From: an uncultured delta proteobacterium
GTDB taxonomy: Bacteria > Myxococcota > Myxococcia > SLRQ01
Length of the DNA stretch: 64,000 nucleotides
Assembly (NCBI GenBank): GCA_963727485.1
Contig: CAVSGM010000002.1
Location: 992,001 to 1,056,000 of the forward strand
Reading direction: 5' to 3'
Shown piece by piece: positions 43,301 through 51,576 of this stretch. A model generated the notes under the pieces. It was not told where the DNA came from and ran no database searches. It saw nothing but the letters and a program-made list of their open reading frames with translations. The translations under genes were made by a program, and so were the position numbers. How positions within the stretch are numbered: position 1 is the stretch's first letter; the number at the start of each line of letters is the position of its first letter.

Positions 43301-44803
43301 GTCGGTCTTCTGCCCGTCACTGACGGTGAGCTGGAAGCTGAAGCTCGCCGGGGTGCTGGGCGCGGTGAAGGTGGGCTTGGCGGTGGTGGCGCCGGTGAGG
43401 GTCACCGCGGGGCCGGAGAGCTCCACCCAGGCGTAGGTCAGGGTGGTGCCCGGGTTGGGATCGTGGGAGCCCGAGCCGTCGAGGGTGACGGTGCTCTGGA
43501 CGAGGGCGGTGCCCGGGCCGGTGGCCACGGCGACCGGCGGCTCGTCGATGGTGTTGTTCTCGGTGACATCCACCAGCACCTGGTCGCTGGCCCCGGAGGG
43601 GTCGGTGACGGTGAGCTGGAAGACGAAGGGGGTGTCCTGGGTGACCGGGGGGGCGATGAAGGTGGGCTTGGCGGTGGTGGCGCCGGTGAGGGTCACCGTC
43701 GGCCCGAGCTTCTGGGTCCACTGGTAGGTGAGGCTGTCGCCGTTGCAATCGCTGGAGCCCGAGCCGTCGAGGGTGACGGTGCTCCCCTCGTCCACCGTCG
43801 CCGGCGCGGTGCCCGCGGCGGTGGGGGGGTCGTTGATGGTGTCCTGGAGGTCGATGGTGAAGGTCGCCGGGGGGCTCTGCTTGCCCCCGGCGGTGACCAC
43901 CAGGGACACGGTCGCCTGGGCGGCCCCGCAGATGCTGGGGGCGGTGAACCGGGCGTTGGCGCTGGTGGCGTTGGTGAGCTGGATCACCGGGTCGGTGCTC
44001 ACCATGGCCCAGGAGTAGCCGGTGATCGACTGGCCGTTGGGGTCGGACGAGGTGGTCCCGCTCAAGGTGGCCACGTTCCCCTCGCCCACCTGCGCCGGGC
44101 CGGTGATCCGGGCCACCGGGGGCACGTCGTTGACCGTGACCTTGGCCGAGGCGAGGTTGCTGGTCAGCCCGTGGCCGTCGGTGACCTGGAGGGAGAAGAA
44201 GTAGTCGCCGGCGGGCCCTGGCGCCACGAAGGTGGGCTTCGCCGCCGTGGGGTCGGAGAGGGTGATGGCCGGCGCCCCGGGCGGGGCGTTGGTCACCGAC
44301 CAGGCGTAGGTGAGGGGGCTGCCGCTGGGATCGACGGAGCCGCTGCCGTCGAGGGTGACGGTGGTGCCCGGATCGACCGTCTGGGGATCGCCCACCTTGG
44401 CGATGGGGGGCAGGGGGTGCTCGAAGGTGGAGACGTTCACGTAGGCGGGGTCGCTCGCCTGGCCGCCGGCGCTGACCACCAGCGAGACCACGTAGAGGCC
44501 CGAGACGTCGGGGGTGAGCTGGGCCGCCGACGCGGTCTTGCCCTGGAGGTGGGCGGTGGCCTGGGCCGGCGCGCTCACCAGGGTCCACTGATAGGTGAGC
44601 TTCGCCTGGAGCTGGCCGGGGACGTGGCTCCCGGAGCCGTCGAGGGTGGCGAGCTGGCCGACGTTGACCACCCGGTCCCCGCCAACGACGGCGACCGGGC
44701 GCACCGGGGCGGCGACGTCGGCCTCGCAGCCGGCCATCCCCGCCAGGGCGCAGACGGCGCCGAGCATCACCATGGAACTGCGCAGCAAGCGGCCGGTGGG
44801 CAT
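40400..44803 (-). CDS. Giant surface lipoprotein: PKD-like repeats, invasin/Big_1-like repeats and a C-terminal beta-propeller-like domain
   Basis: MAG-C lipobox; about five VTLDGSGSxDP..LTYxW..PTF repeats; ADGSS/D..GN...DGT.VTV repeats; C-terminal blades (GLALDP..NVLIAT, AVALD..LWVAS, AWFATQGG). Confidence 0.85.
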   Translation of the reverse strand: MPTGRLLRSSMVMLGAVCALAGMAGCEADVAAPVRPVAVVGGDRVVNVGQLATLDGSGSHVPGQLQAKLTYQWTLVSAPAQATAHLQGKTASAAQLTPDVSGLYVVSLVVSAGGQASDPAYVNVSTFEHPLPPIAKVGDPQTVDPGTTVTLDGSGSVDPSGSPLTYAWSVTNAPPGAPAITLSDPTAAKPTFVAPGPAGDYFFSLQVTDGHGLTSNLASAKVTVNDVPPVARITGPAQVGEGNVATLSGTTSSDPNGQSITGYSWAMVSTDPVIQLTNATSANARFTAPSICGAAQATVSLVVTAGGKQSPPATFTIDLQDTINDPPTAAGTAPATVDEGSTVTLDGSGSSDCNGDSLTYQWTQKLGPTVTLTGATTAKPTFIAPPVTQDTPFVFQLTVTDPSGASDQVLVDVTENNTIDEPPVAVATGPGTALVQSTVTLDGSGSHDPNPGTTLTYAWVELSGPAVTLTGATTAKPTFTAPSTPASFSFQLTVSDGQKTDVATVPVSVVAGPPSTTQSTIVASKASIPADGSTHDGITVTLKDAAGNLLSGHTVVISTTLGSMIGSVSGTAGGKYTQSLQAGITAGTATVSFTVDGSAPFPNTASVQLDPGPPSGTISLAASPTSLPAGCGASSTVSTAVPIKDQNNNKVADGTEVTVSTDLGTIPAAQDQDAGRPGIQVRTTGGNISFTLTAAGSAGTAHVTATSVTGTATGTTTVNMATPEPAAPVTLTASPSSLTADGSSQTTVTSGTILDTCGNQVAPNTEITVAASGGTIATSVDTDGGVSGIQVKVDAQGKISFPVTAGTIAGTMTVVADNLPGTQLGTVVVSLNPGPATGTISLTAAPGSVSADGSSTTHVTSGVITDAQGNAIADGTSVTVSASPGCQVTTPQTTTGGQLAFDVGPCTTAGTASVQASVAGASGSTTFTVTPGPPAALAFDVQPANTFVKGRITPAVKVSVRDAHGNLVTTSTASINVALGPGAGGAILSGTVPANASGGVATFSDLTVDTAGTYTLVASSSGLPNTTSSSFTVSSCTVSASLAAIGPVAGSSHVLPWDTVRLSPAGTTSCNRQLSVSYTVSPAPARGGFEPWGSFAGSVNQTGPPTAVHFYSDDPQTYTFTLTITDPTVSQTYTATASVTVEAFAALPYRNTTSAAKSRGLALDPGNGNVLIATQGGGGQMFHHGGDTQQLPCLNKSNGRAPFFDGSHFWLAYDDGPEVDQITAYWEGAAFDHCNLGDTGSPTAATGTSPSKTRDAVVVGSSIYLATDADLFALDPGNDSFTEYEIGSLTPDHDLSAVALDTTSQLWVASHDSSPDGVVRTPVPPAVNGNTVYSYLSGDDKVRSAVGFTGASGADEMLLGTDGNGFILIADVGNPASGVQHTFSSNAPKHVRGGASDPAAADAWFATQGGLIRYKSDVDDFVLIPQNEAGLGSIGGDSHAVVLDEGNGRGRILYYATENGVYSVTAP
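43366..43698. repeat. Identical 42-bp direct repeat inside the adhesin gene (43366-43407 and 43657-43698)
   Basis: TGAAGGTGGGCTTGGCGGTGGTGGCGCCGGTGAGGGTCACCG occurs twice, encoding VTLTGATTAKPTF in adjacent PKD-like domains. Confidence 0.85.
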
Positions 44804-44875
44804 GTCGATACACCCCTCCTCGCTCCCCGGAATCGGGGAGGCTGCCCTGATTCTAGAGAGGCGGAGGCTGCGGAA

Positions 44876-45322
44876 TCAAATCGGTCGGCCGGCCGCGCCC
44901 CCCCGGAGCCGATCTGAGGGCACCTCGCCGCGGTCGAGGGCCTCGAGGAGGAGGTCTCGGGCCTCGGTGAGCTGCTGGGCCAGGCGGGTGGCGTCGGCGA
45001 GGCGCGCCGGGTCCCGGGCGAAGTTGTCCGGGTGGTAGCGGCGCATCAGCCGGCGGTGGGCATGCCGGACCGCGTCGGGGCCGGCGCCGTAGTCGAGCTC
45101 CAGGGCCCGGTAGGCCCGCTGCAGCCGCTCGGACCGGACCGACCGCGGGGTCCGGGGCGCCCAGCGGTCGCCGGGATCCCCCTCGGGCCCGGGGCCGGCG
45201 GATCCCGGGTCGGGCCCGGCCCCCCGGCGCCAGGGATCCGGTGCCGGGCCCGGCGCCTCGCCCCGGAGGTAGTGGAGGGCGTTGGCCCGGAGCAGATCGT
45301 AGAGGCGCCGGCCGATGCTCAT
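44876..45322 (-). CDS. Small protein with a C-terminal J domain
   Basis: AYRALEL...RRLMRRYHPD...LTEARDLL. Confidence 0.85.
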   Translation of the reverse strand: MSIGRRLYDLLRANALHYLRGEAPGPAPDPWRRGAGPDPGSAGPGPEGDPGDRWAPRTPRSVRSERLQRAYRALELDYGAGPDAVRHAHRRLMRRYHPDNFARDPARLADATRLAQQLTEARDLLLEALDRGEVPSDRLRGGAAGRPI

Positions 45323-45334
45323 CGCCCGGTGAGC

Positions 45335-46906
45335 CTAACCCGGATAGAGGCGCTGGGCGAGGCGGGCCACCAGGGCGGCCAGCGCCTCCTGCCCGGGCCC
45401 CGAGAGGCGCACCCCGACCCCGGCCCGCCCGGGGTGCTTGGGATCGGCGTCGACCCGGCGCACCACCTCGCCCAGGACCTGGACCGGCTCGGCGCTCCAC
45501 CCCAGGAGCACCTCGATGGACAGCCGGGTGCCCACGGGAAGCGGCGGCTGGAGGTGGATGAACATCCCTCCGGCGGAGACGTCGCGGAGGTGGCTGTAGA
45601 TGAGCCCGGCCTCGGCGCTGGCGTCGGGGCTCTGGAACCGGACCTCGAGGGTGGCCTCGACCCTGCGACTGGCCCGGCGGTCGAGGTCGTCCACGGCGTC
45701 GGCCTCCACCAGGGGCAGGTCCTCGTCCTCGGGCCCCGCCGGGCGGAAGACCACCTGGGGCTGGGCGGGCTCCACCGGCAGGACCTCGACCTCGAGCTCC
45801 GACTCGCTGGTGAAGAGGTCCGAGAGGTCGACCTCCTCGGGCTCGAGGGGCACCCCCTCGTCGGGGACCTCGGGGCTCCTGCGGGCGTCGGCCTCGAGGG
45901 TCGCGAGGAAGTCCACCGGCTGGGTGCCCTCCCGGGTCGCCGCCCGGTAGAGGGTCGCCAGGAGGTGGAGGTAGAGGCGCCGGCGCCTTGCCCGGGCCAC
46001 CGCCCGCTGCATCCGGCTCCGGAGCACCTCCACGCCCTCGAAGGGGCGCAGGACGTAGTCGGCGGCGCCCATGGCCACCGCGCCCAGGGCGATCTCGGTG
46101 TCGGCGGCGCCGCTGGTGACCACCACCTCCAGGAGGGGATTGGCGGCGCGGAGATCGCGGACCAGGGAGAGGCTGGCGGAGATGTCCACGCTCACCAGCG
46201 CGGTGAGGGGGCCGTCGGGGCGGGCGAGCCAGGCCCGGGCGGCGTCGAGGCCGGCGACCACCTCGGTGTTGAGGCGCGCCGCCTCGAGGGTCCGGCGGAC
46301 CACCTCGGCCACCGCCGGGACCTCCTCCACCACCAGCACCGCGGGGCGACGGCCCAGGCCCCGCTTGAAGGCGAAGAGCTGGCGGCCGACCTCGGCGACC
46401 GTGTGGCGGTCGGTCTTGTCGCCGCCGAGGGCCGCGGCGAGGTCCCGCACCATCCGGCCGTTGAGGCGATCGGCGAGGCGACGGTCGATGACCGACTCCA
46501 CCCGGGCGAGGACGTGGGTCACCTCGTCGAAGGGCTTGGAGAGGTAGTCCACCGCCCCGGCGGTGAGGGCGTCGACCACCGTCGCCGCCGAGGGGTAGCC
46601 GGTGATCACCAGGCAGGGGATCCGGCGGCCGGCGTCGGTGAGCTCGGAGACCAGGTCCAGGCCCGAGCCGTCGGGGAGGTTCTTGTCCACCACCACCAGG
46701 TCGTAGGGCCCGGCGAGGGCAGCCCGGGCGGCGGCGAGGCTCTCGGCCTGGTCCACCGCGTAGCCGGCGGCCCCCAGAAGCTCCACCAGCACCAGGCGGA
46801 CCGGCGCCTCGTCGTCGACCACCAGGATCCGCACCGCGGCGCGGGCGGCCTCTTGGAACCGCTCCCAGGCGGGGGCGAGGCGGTCGAGGAGCATCGCCGG
46901 GATCAT
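45335..46906 (-). CDS. Response regulator: REC, degenerate REC, acidic linker and PilZ domain
   Basis: ILVVDDE..VVVDKNLPDGSG..ITGY..KPF; second REC VLVVEE..LRPF; PilZ motifs RRASRR and DVSAGG. Confidence 0.85.
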   Translation of the reverse strand: MIPAMLLDRLAPAWERFQEAARAAVRILVVDDEAPVRLVLVELLGAAGYAVDQAESLAAARAALAGPYDLVVVDKNLPDGSGLDLVSELTDAGRRIPCLVITGYPSAATVVDALTAGAVDYLSKPFDEVTHVLARVESVIDRRLADRLNGRMVRDLAAALGGDKTDRHTVAEVGRQLFAFKRGLGRRPAVLVVEEVPAVAEVVRRTLEAARLNTEVVAGLDAARAWLARPDGPLTALVSVDISASLSLVRDLRAANPLLEVVVTSGAADTEIALGAVAMGAADYVLRPFEGVEVLRSRMQRAVARARRRRLYLHLLATLYRAATREGTQPVDFLATLEADARRSPEVPDEGVPLEPEEVDLSDLFTSESELEVEVLPVEPAQPQVVFRPAGPEDEDLPLVEADAVDDLDRRASRRVEATLEVRFQSPDASAEAGLIYSHLRDVSAGGMFIHLQPPLPVGTRLSIEVLLGWSAEPVQVLGEVVRRVDADPKHPGRAGVGVRLSGPGQEALAALVARLAQRLYPG

Positions 46907-46938
46907 CGCCTCCGGCGCGCCATGGTACAAGGGGCGCC

Positions 46939-47685
46939 ATGCTCGACGCCCCCCTGTCAGTGGTCATCCCGGCCTATGACGAAGCTGCGCGGATCGGCCG
47001 GACCCTCGACCGGGTTCGGGCCCACCTGGCCGAGCACCACCCGGGATCGGAGGTCCTGGTGGTCGACGACGGGTCCGCCGACGAGACGGCCGCCCGGGTC
47101 GAGGACGCCGCCCGGGCCGGATCCGCCGCCGCCGGGGGGGACCCCGCCATCCGGTGCCTGCGCCAGCCGTCGAATCGGGGCAAGGGCGCCGCGGTGCGCG
47201 CCGGGGTCCTGGCGGCGACCCGCCCCTACGTCCTGATGAGCGACGCCGACCTCTCCACCCCCATCGAGGAGGTCAGCCGGCTCCTGGCGGCGGTGGCGGG
47301 CGGGGCCGACGTGGCCATCGGCTCCCGGGCCCTCCCCGGGTCGCGGATCGAGATCTCCCAGCCCCTGCACCGGGTGGTGATGGGCAAGAGCTTCAACAAG
47401 CTGATGCGCTCGGTCACCTTCCTCGGGGTCATCGACAGCCAGTGCGGCTTCAAGCTCTTCCCCCTGGAGGTGGCCCACCGCCTCTTCGCCCCCGCCCGGA
47501 TCGACGGCTTCGCCTTCGACGTCGAGGTGCTGTGGCTGGCGCGACGCGCGGGGATGCGCATCGCCGAGGTGCCGGTGCGGTGGGTCAACGACCCGCGGAG
47601 CACGGTGCAGCCGGTGAGGCACAGCGCCCAGATGCTCCGGGACGTCCTGCGCATCCGGTGGATTCATGCCGGTCGGCGGGTGTAG
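46939..47685 (+). CDS. GT2 polyprenyl-phosphate glycosyltransferase (Alg5/DPM1-like)
   Basis: SVVIPAYDE, VVDDGSAD, NRGKGAAVRAG, DADLSTP, DSQCGFKLF, FAFDVE. Confidence 0.92.
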   Translation: MLDAPLSVVIPAYDEAARIGRTLDRVRAHLAEHHPGSEVLVVDDGSADETAARVEDAARAGSAAAGGDPAIRCLRQPSNRGKGAAVRAGVLAATRPYVLMSDADLSTPIEEVSRLLAAVAGGADVAIGSRALPGSRIEISQPLHRVVMGKSFNKLMRSVTFLGVIDSQCGFKLFPLEVAHRLFAPARIDGFAFDVEVLWLARRAGMRIAEVPVRWVNDPRSTVQPVRHSAQMLRDVLRIRWIHAGRRV

Positions 47686-47698
47686 GCTCGCCTCTCCG

Positions 47699-49171
47699 AT
47701 GGCCGGTGGCATCTTCGACGCCGAGGACGAGATCTCGACCAACGCCGGAACCCGTCCCGGTGACATGGACTCGGACCTCGCCCCCGAGTTCACGGCGAAC
47801 AAGACGCTGATCGTGGAGACCCGCACCACCCTGCGGGTCCGCAAGGTGCGCCTCTCGGTGGTCTCCGGTCCCGATGACGGCCGGGAGCTGGTCACCGAGA
47901 AGGAGCGCATCCGCATCGGCTCCCACCCCACCAGCGACCTGCTGCTCAAGGACCGCACCGTCAGCCGCCACCACGCCGAGGTGCAGTACACCGAGCGCGG
48001 CTACCTGCTGGTCGACCTCGAGTCCACCAACGGGACCCTCCTCGACGGCAAGCGGGTCGAGCGCGCCTACCTCGCCCCGGGCTCCAGCCTCAAGATCGGG
48101 AGCACGGTGATCACCTTCAACGCCGTGGACGAGGAGATTGCCGTCGAGGCCGACCGCGCCGGCGAGCTGCTGGAGATGGTGGGCAAGAGCATGCGGATGC
48201 GCCAGATCTTCGGCCTCATCCGCAAGATCGCCCCCATGGACGTGACGGTGATGATCACCGGCGAGACCGGGACCGGCAAGGAGCTCGCCGCCCGGGCGGT
48301 CCATGAGCTCTCGGCGAGGCGCGACGGGCCCTTCGTGGTCCTCGACTGCGGCGCCATCCCCCCGAACCTCATCGAGTCCGAGCTCTTCGGTCACGAGAAG
48401 GGGGCGTTCACCGGCGCCGACCGCGCGCGCCCCGGGGCCTTCGAGCGCGCCAACGGTGGCACCATCTTCCTCGACGAGCTCGGGGAGCTGCGCCTCGACC
48501 TCCAGCCCCGGCTGCTCCGGGTGCTCGAGCAGCGCGAGGTGAGGCGGGTGGGCGCCGACGACGTCCGCGACATCGACGTCCGGGTGGTCGCCGCCACCAA
48601 CCGGGATCTCCAGAAGGAGATCCAGGCGGGGAACTTCCGCGAGGACCTCTTCTTCCGCCTCTCGGTGATCCACATCGGCCTGCCCCCCCTGCGTCAGCGC
48701 CGGGACGACATCCCGGCGATCATCCGGCGCATCCTCCGGGACCCGGAGATCACCGCCCGCCACGGGCAGCGGAGCTTCACCGAGCCGGCGATGTCCCGGC
48801 TCATCACCTACGACTGGCCGGGGAACATCCGGGAGCTGGTGAACCTGGTGCACATGGTGCTCACCCTCGCCGAGCGCGACGAGATCGGGCTCGCCGACCT
48901 CCCCGAGCGGTTGCGGGAGCGCCCCACCCCCGGGGTCCCGGCGCCGGGTGGGCCCGACGACGAGAGCGGCGAGTTCGATCCCTCGCGCTCGTTCAAGGAG
49001 GCGAAGGAGAGCCTCATCGAGGCCTTCGAGCGCGACTACGTCGTCGGCCTCCTCCGGCACTGCGACGGCAACATCAGCGAGGCCGCCCGTCAGAGCGGCC
49101 TCCACCGCAAGAGCATCGAGCGGTTGGTCAAGAAGTACGAGCTCGACGCCCGGGCCCTGGGCAAGGCCTAG
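47699..49171 (+). CDS. FHA-domain sigma54-dependent enhancer-binding protein
   Basis: FHA ([20 protein letters not shown]), [30 protein letters not shown]-terminal HTH. Confidence 0.95.
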   Translation: MAGGIFDAEDEISTNAGTRPGDMDSDLAPEFTANKTLIVETRTTLRVRKVRLSVVSGPDDGRELVTEKERIRIGSHPTSDLLLKDRTVSRHHAEVQYTERGYLLVDLESTNGTLLDGKRVERAYLAPGSSLKIGSTVITFNAVDEEIAVEADRAGELLEMVGKSMRMRQIFGLIRKIAPMDVTVMITGETGTGKELAARAVHELSARRDGPFVVLDCGAIPPNLIESELFGHEKGAFTGADRARPGAFERANGGTIFLDELGELRLDLQPRLLRVLEQREVRRVGADDVRDIDVRVVAATNRDLQKEIQAGNFREDLFFRLSVIHIGLPPLRQRRDDIPAIIRRILRDPEITARHGQRSFTEPAMSRLITYDWPGNIRELVNLVHMVLTLAERDEIGLADLPERLRERPTPGVPAPGGPDDESGEFDPSRSFKEAKESLIEAFERDYVVGLLRHCDGNISEAARQSGLHRKSIERLVKKYELDARALGKA

Positions 49172-49185
49172 GGCCCGGCGCCGCG

Positions 49186-49811
49186 CTAGCCCTCGGTCGA
49201 AGCCGGGGCGGTGCCGGCGGCCTTGGGGGCCTGGGTGGTCCGGGCCTTGCGCCCCGCGGTCTTCCGGGCCTGCTTGCGCGTGGTCTTGCGCGCCGCCTTC
49301 CGGGCGGTCCCCTTCTTGGCGGTGCGCTTCTTCGCCGCCTTCTTCCGCGGGGTCCGGGTGGCCTTGGCCGCCTTGGGGCCGCCTTGGGGGCCTTCCCGGT
49401 CTGGGCAGAGGCGCCCATGAGACCCGGCTTGCCCTGACGGACGAGGCGGCGGTGCTGCTGGTAGTGGGCGCTGCACAGGCCCCGGGTCTTGGCGGTGCGC
49501 TTGCAGCCGGGGACGGTGCAGGGGCCGACGTTCACCTTGGGCCGGCCCACCCGCCGGGCGCCGCCGCGGCTGGCGGCGCGGGTGGCGGTCTTGCGGCGGG
49601 CGGTCGGGGCCCGGCGGCCGCGGCCCCCGCCACCGACCTGGGTGGGACCCGGCGCCGGGGCGATGTTGATCTCGAGCTTCATCGGCTCGGCGCGGTAGAT
49701 CTCGAACTTCTCGCCCCGCACCATCCGGGCCGTGGCTTCTGCCTGGATTCGGCCTGCGGGAATGAGGGTCGCACGCTGCTTGGCGTCGACCAGGATGAAG
49801 GTAGTAGCCAT
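49186..49811 (-). CDS. VegA-like Cys/His protein with a histone H1-like Lys/Arg/Ala tail (-1 indel in the G run at 49375-49378)
   Basis: CTVPGCKRTAKTRGLCSAHYQ motif. Adding one base links it to PKAAKATRTPRKKAAKKRTAKKGTARKAARK...; GGAG RBS. Confidence 0.75.
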
Positions 49812-50013
49812 GTTTTCTCCATGCCCCCATGGGAAGTGTGAGTGAATCTCACGGGAGCATAGTGCAGTGATTCGCGATTGAAAAGCTTTCACGGGGAAAT
49901 TCACCAGCGATTCCCTATCGCTGCCCCGGCCCGCCCGCGACCCGGCCACGCCCCCCGAGACGCCCGCCGGCGGCTTCCTTCGCCGGCCCGGATTCTGGTA
50001 CCCAGGAGACACC

Positions 50014-50626
50014 ATGGCGGGGCCCTCCAAGACGACGCTGGACCGTCTCATCGCCCAGCGGCTGGCACCGGGCGCCGACCGGGAGACCATCGACGCCGGG
50101 ATCCGGGCGCGCTTCGAGGAGACCTGGGCGGTGGCGTTCACCGACCTGGTGGGCTTCTCCCGGCGCACCAAGCAGTTCGGGATCATCCACTTCCTCTCGG
50201 TGATTCACCGCAAGGGCGCGCTCCTCAAGCCGGTGGTCGAGTCCCACGCCGGCCTGCTGCTCAAGGAGGAGGCCGACTCCTGGCTGATCCTGTTCCGGGA
50301 TCCGGTGGTGGCCCTGGAGGCGATGATCGCCGCCCAGCACACCTGCGAGGCCTTCAACCTGGGGCAGCCCGAGGAGGACCAGGTGCAGCTCTGCGTGGGG
50401 CTGGGCTACGGGCCCCTGCTCAAGATCGGCGACGAGGACGTCTGGGGCTCGGAGGTGAACTTCGCCAGCAAGCTCGGCGAGGACATCGCCCGCCGCGGCG
50501 AGATCCTGCTCACCGACGCCTTCGCCGACGCCGTCGCCGGCCAGGTGGAAGGCGTACGCTTCGAGCGGGGAAGCGACAACGCCGGAAGCCTCGATTCTCC
50601 AATTTCACCGCACCCTCTATCCCTGA
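50014..50626 (+). CDS. Stand-alone class III nucleotide cyclase (+1 indel near 50595 creates a false read-through)
   Basis: AFTDLVGFS, LLKEEADS, VGLGYG, DVWGSEVNFASKL. Corrected C-terminus LDLQFHRTLYP*. Confidence 0.85.
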
Positions 50627-50664
50627 CACGCCGGGGGCGCCGGCCGGTTCCCACAGGAGGCACG

Positions 50665-51063
50665 ATGTTCATCGGACTGCTCAACGAGTCACAGCAGGAA
50701 GCCCTCTGCCGCATCGTCCAGTTCCTCTCCCGGGTCGACGGCGAGGAGGCCGCCTCGGAGGCCGTGCTCACCGCGGCGCTCCTCGAGGAGTCGGGCCTGG
50801 AGAAGGTCCCCCCGCCGGCCAAGGACGGCGACGAGGTCGAGGCCCTGCTCCCCCGCTTCGACACCGCCCAGACGAAGCACGTGCTCCTGATCGAGGCCTG
50901 GGGCGTGGCCCTCGCCGACCAGCGGATCACCCACGAGGAGATGCTCGCCCTCGACCTGCTGGCCCAGGGCCTCGAGGTCGACGCCGCGTGGATGGAGCGA
51001 GCCCGGGACTGGGTGCAGCGCAGCCTCGAGCTCCAGCGCGAGGGCCAGGCGCTGCTGGCGTAG
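50665..51063 (+). CDS. TerB-like protein
   Basis: Own AGGAGG RBS; MFIGLLN..Q, VDGE..ASE, LADQRITHEE metal-binding-type repeats. Confidence 0.7.
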   Translation: MFIGLLNESQQEALCRIVQFLSRVDGEEAASEAVLTAALLEESGLEKVPPPAKDGDEVEALLPRFDTAQTKHVLLIEAWGVALADQRITHEEMLALDLLAQGLEVDAAWMERARDWVQRSLELQREGQALLA

Positions 51064-51183
51064 GGGCGGGCTCCCCGCCGGGCGCTTTGACGGGACGCGG
51101 CCCACCCCGCCCGGGATGCCTCCCCGGGTCGTGGTCCTCACCGCCATCCCCAGCCGCGCGACCCCTCCCCGGCCCCGGGCCGT

Positions 51184-51549
51184 CACGACCCCTACGGCAA
51201 CCCGGCAGGGTTCGTGGCAGACCCGGCCTCGATCAACGACTACGCGCACGGCCGGGAGCACGACGCCGGCCCACCCGCTCGGCCGAACCGTCTACAGCCT
51301 CCACGTCTACGACGACATTCTCGGGAGCGACCAGACCACGTGTGCCTCCGGGCGGAACGCCAAGGAACGAGCACCGCCCCACGGGTCTACAAGGTCTACC
51401 TCATGGCCAAGGACGCGTCGGGAAACGAGTCCGATCCGACGACCACGGTCGAGGTCCGCCACGATCAGCGGGACCCGAGCAAGCGCCACATGCTCCCCTC
51501 CGTCGAGGTGGCCCACGACGGAGACCCGAGATGCACGGCAACGCCTTGA
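51184..51549 (+). pseudogene. Remnant of a larger surface or RHS-type gene
   Basis: HDPYGN...NDY..GREHD (RHS-core-like), followed by VCLRAERQG...RVY...KDASGN...VEVRHD (C-terminal Ig-like motif); weak codon bias and no convincing start or RBS. Confidence 0.45.
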
Positions 51550-51576
51550 GCCCCCTGCCGACGGCAGCCGGCGCGC

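Noticed and set aside
50014..51063. Apparent cyclase-TerB fusion protein
   Set aside because: The linker has poor codon usage, a one-base correction gives a stop at 50626, and the TerB-like ORF has its own AGGAGG RBS.
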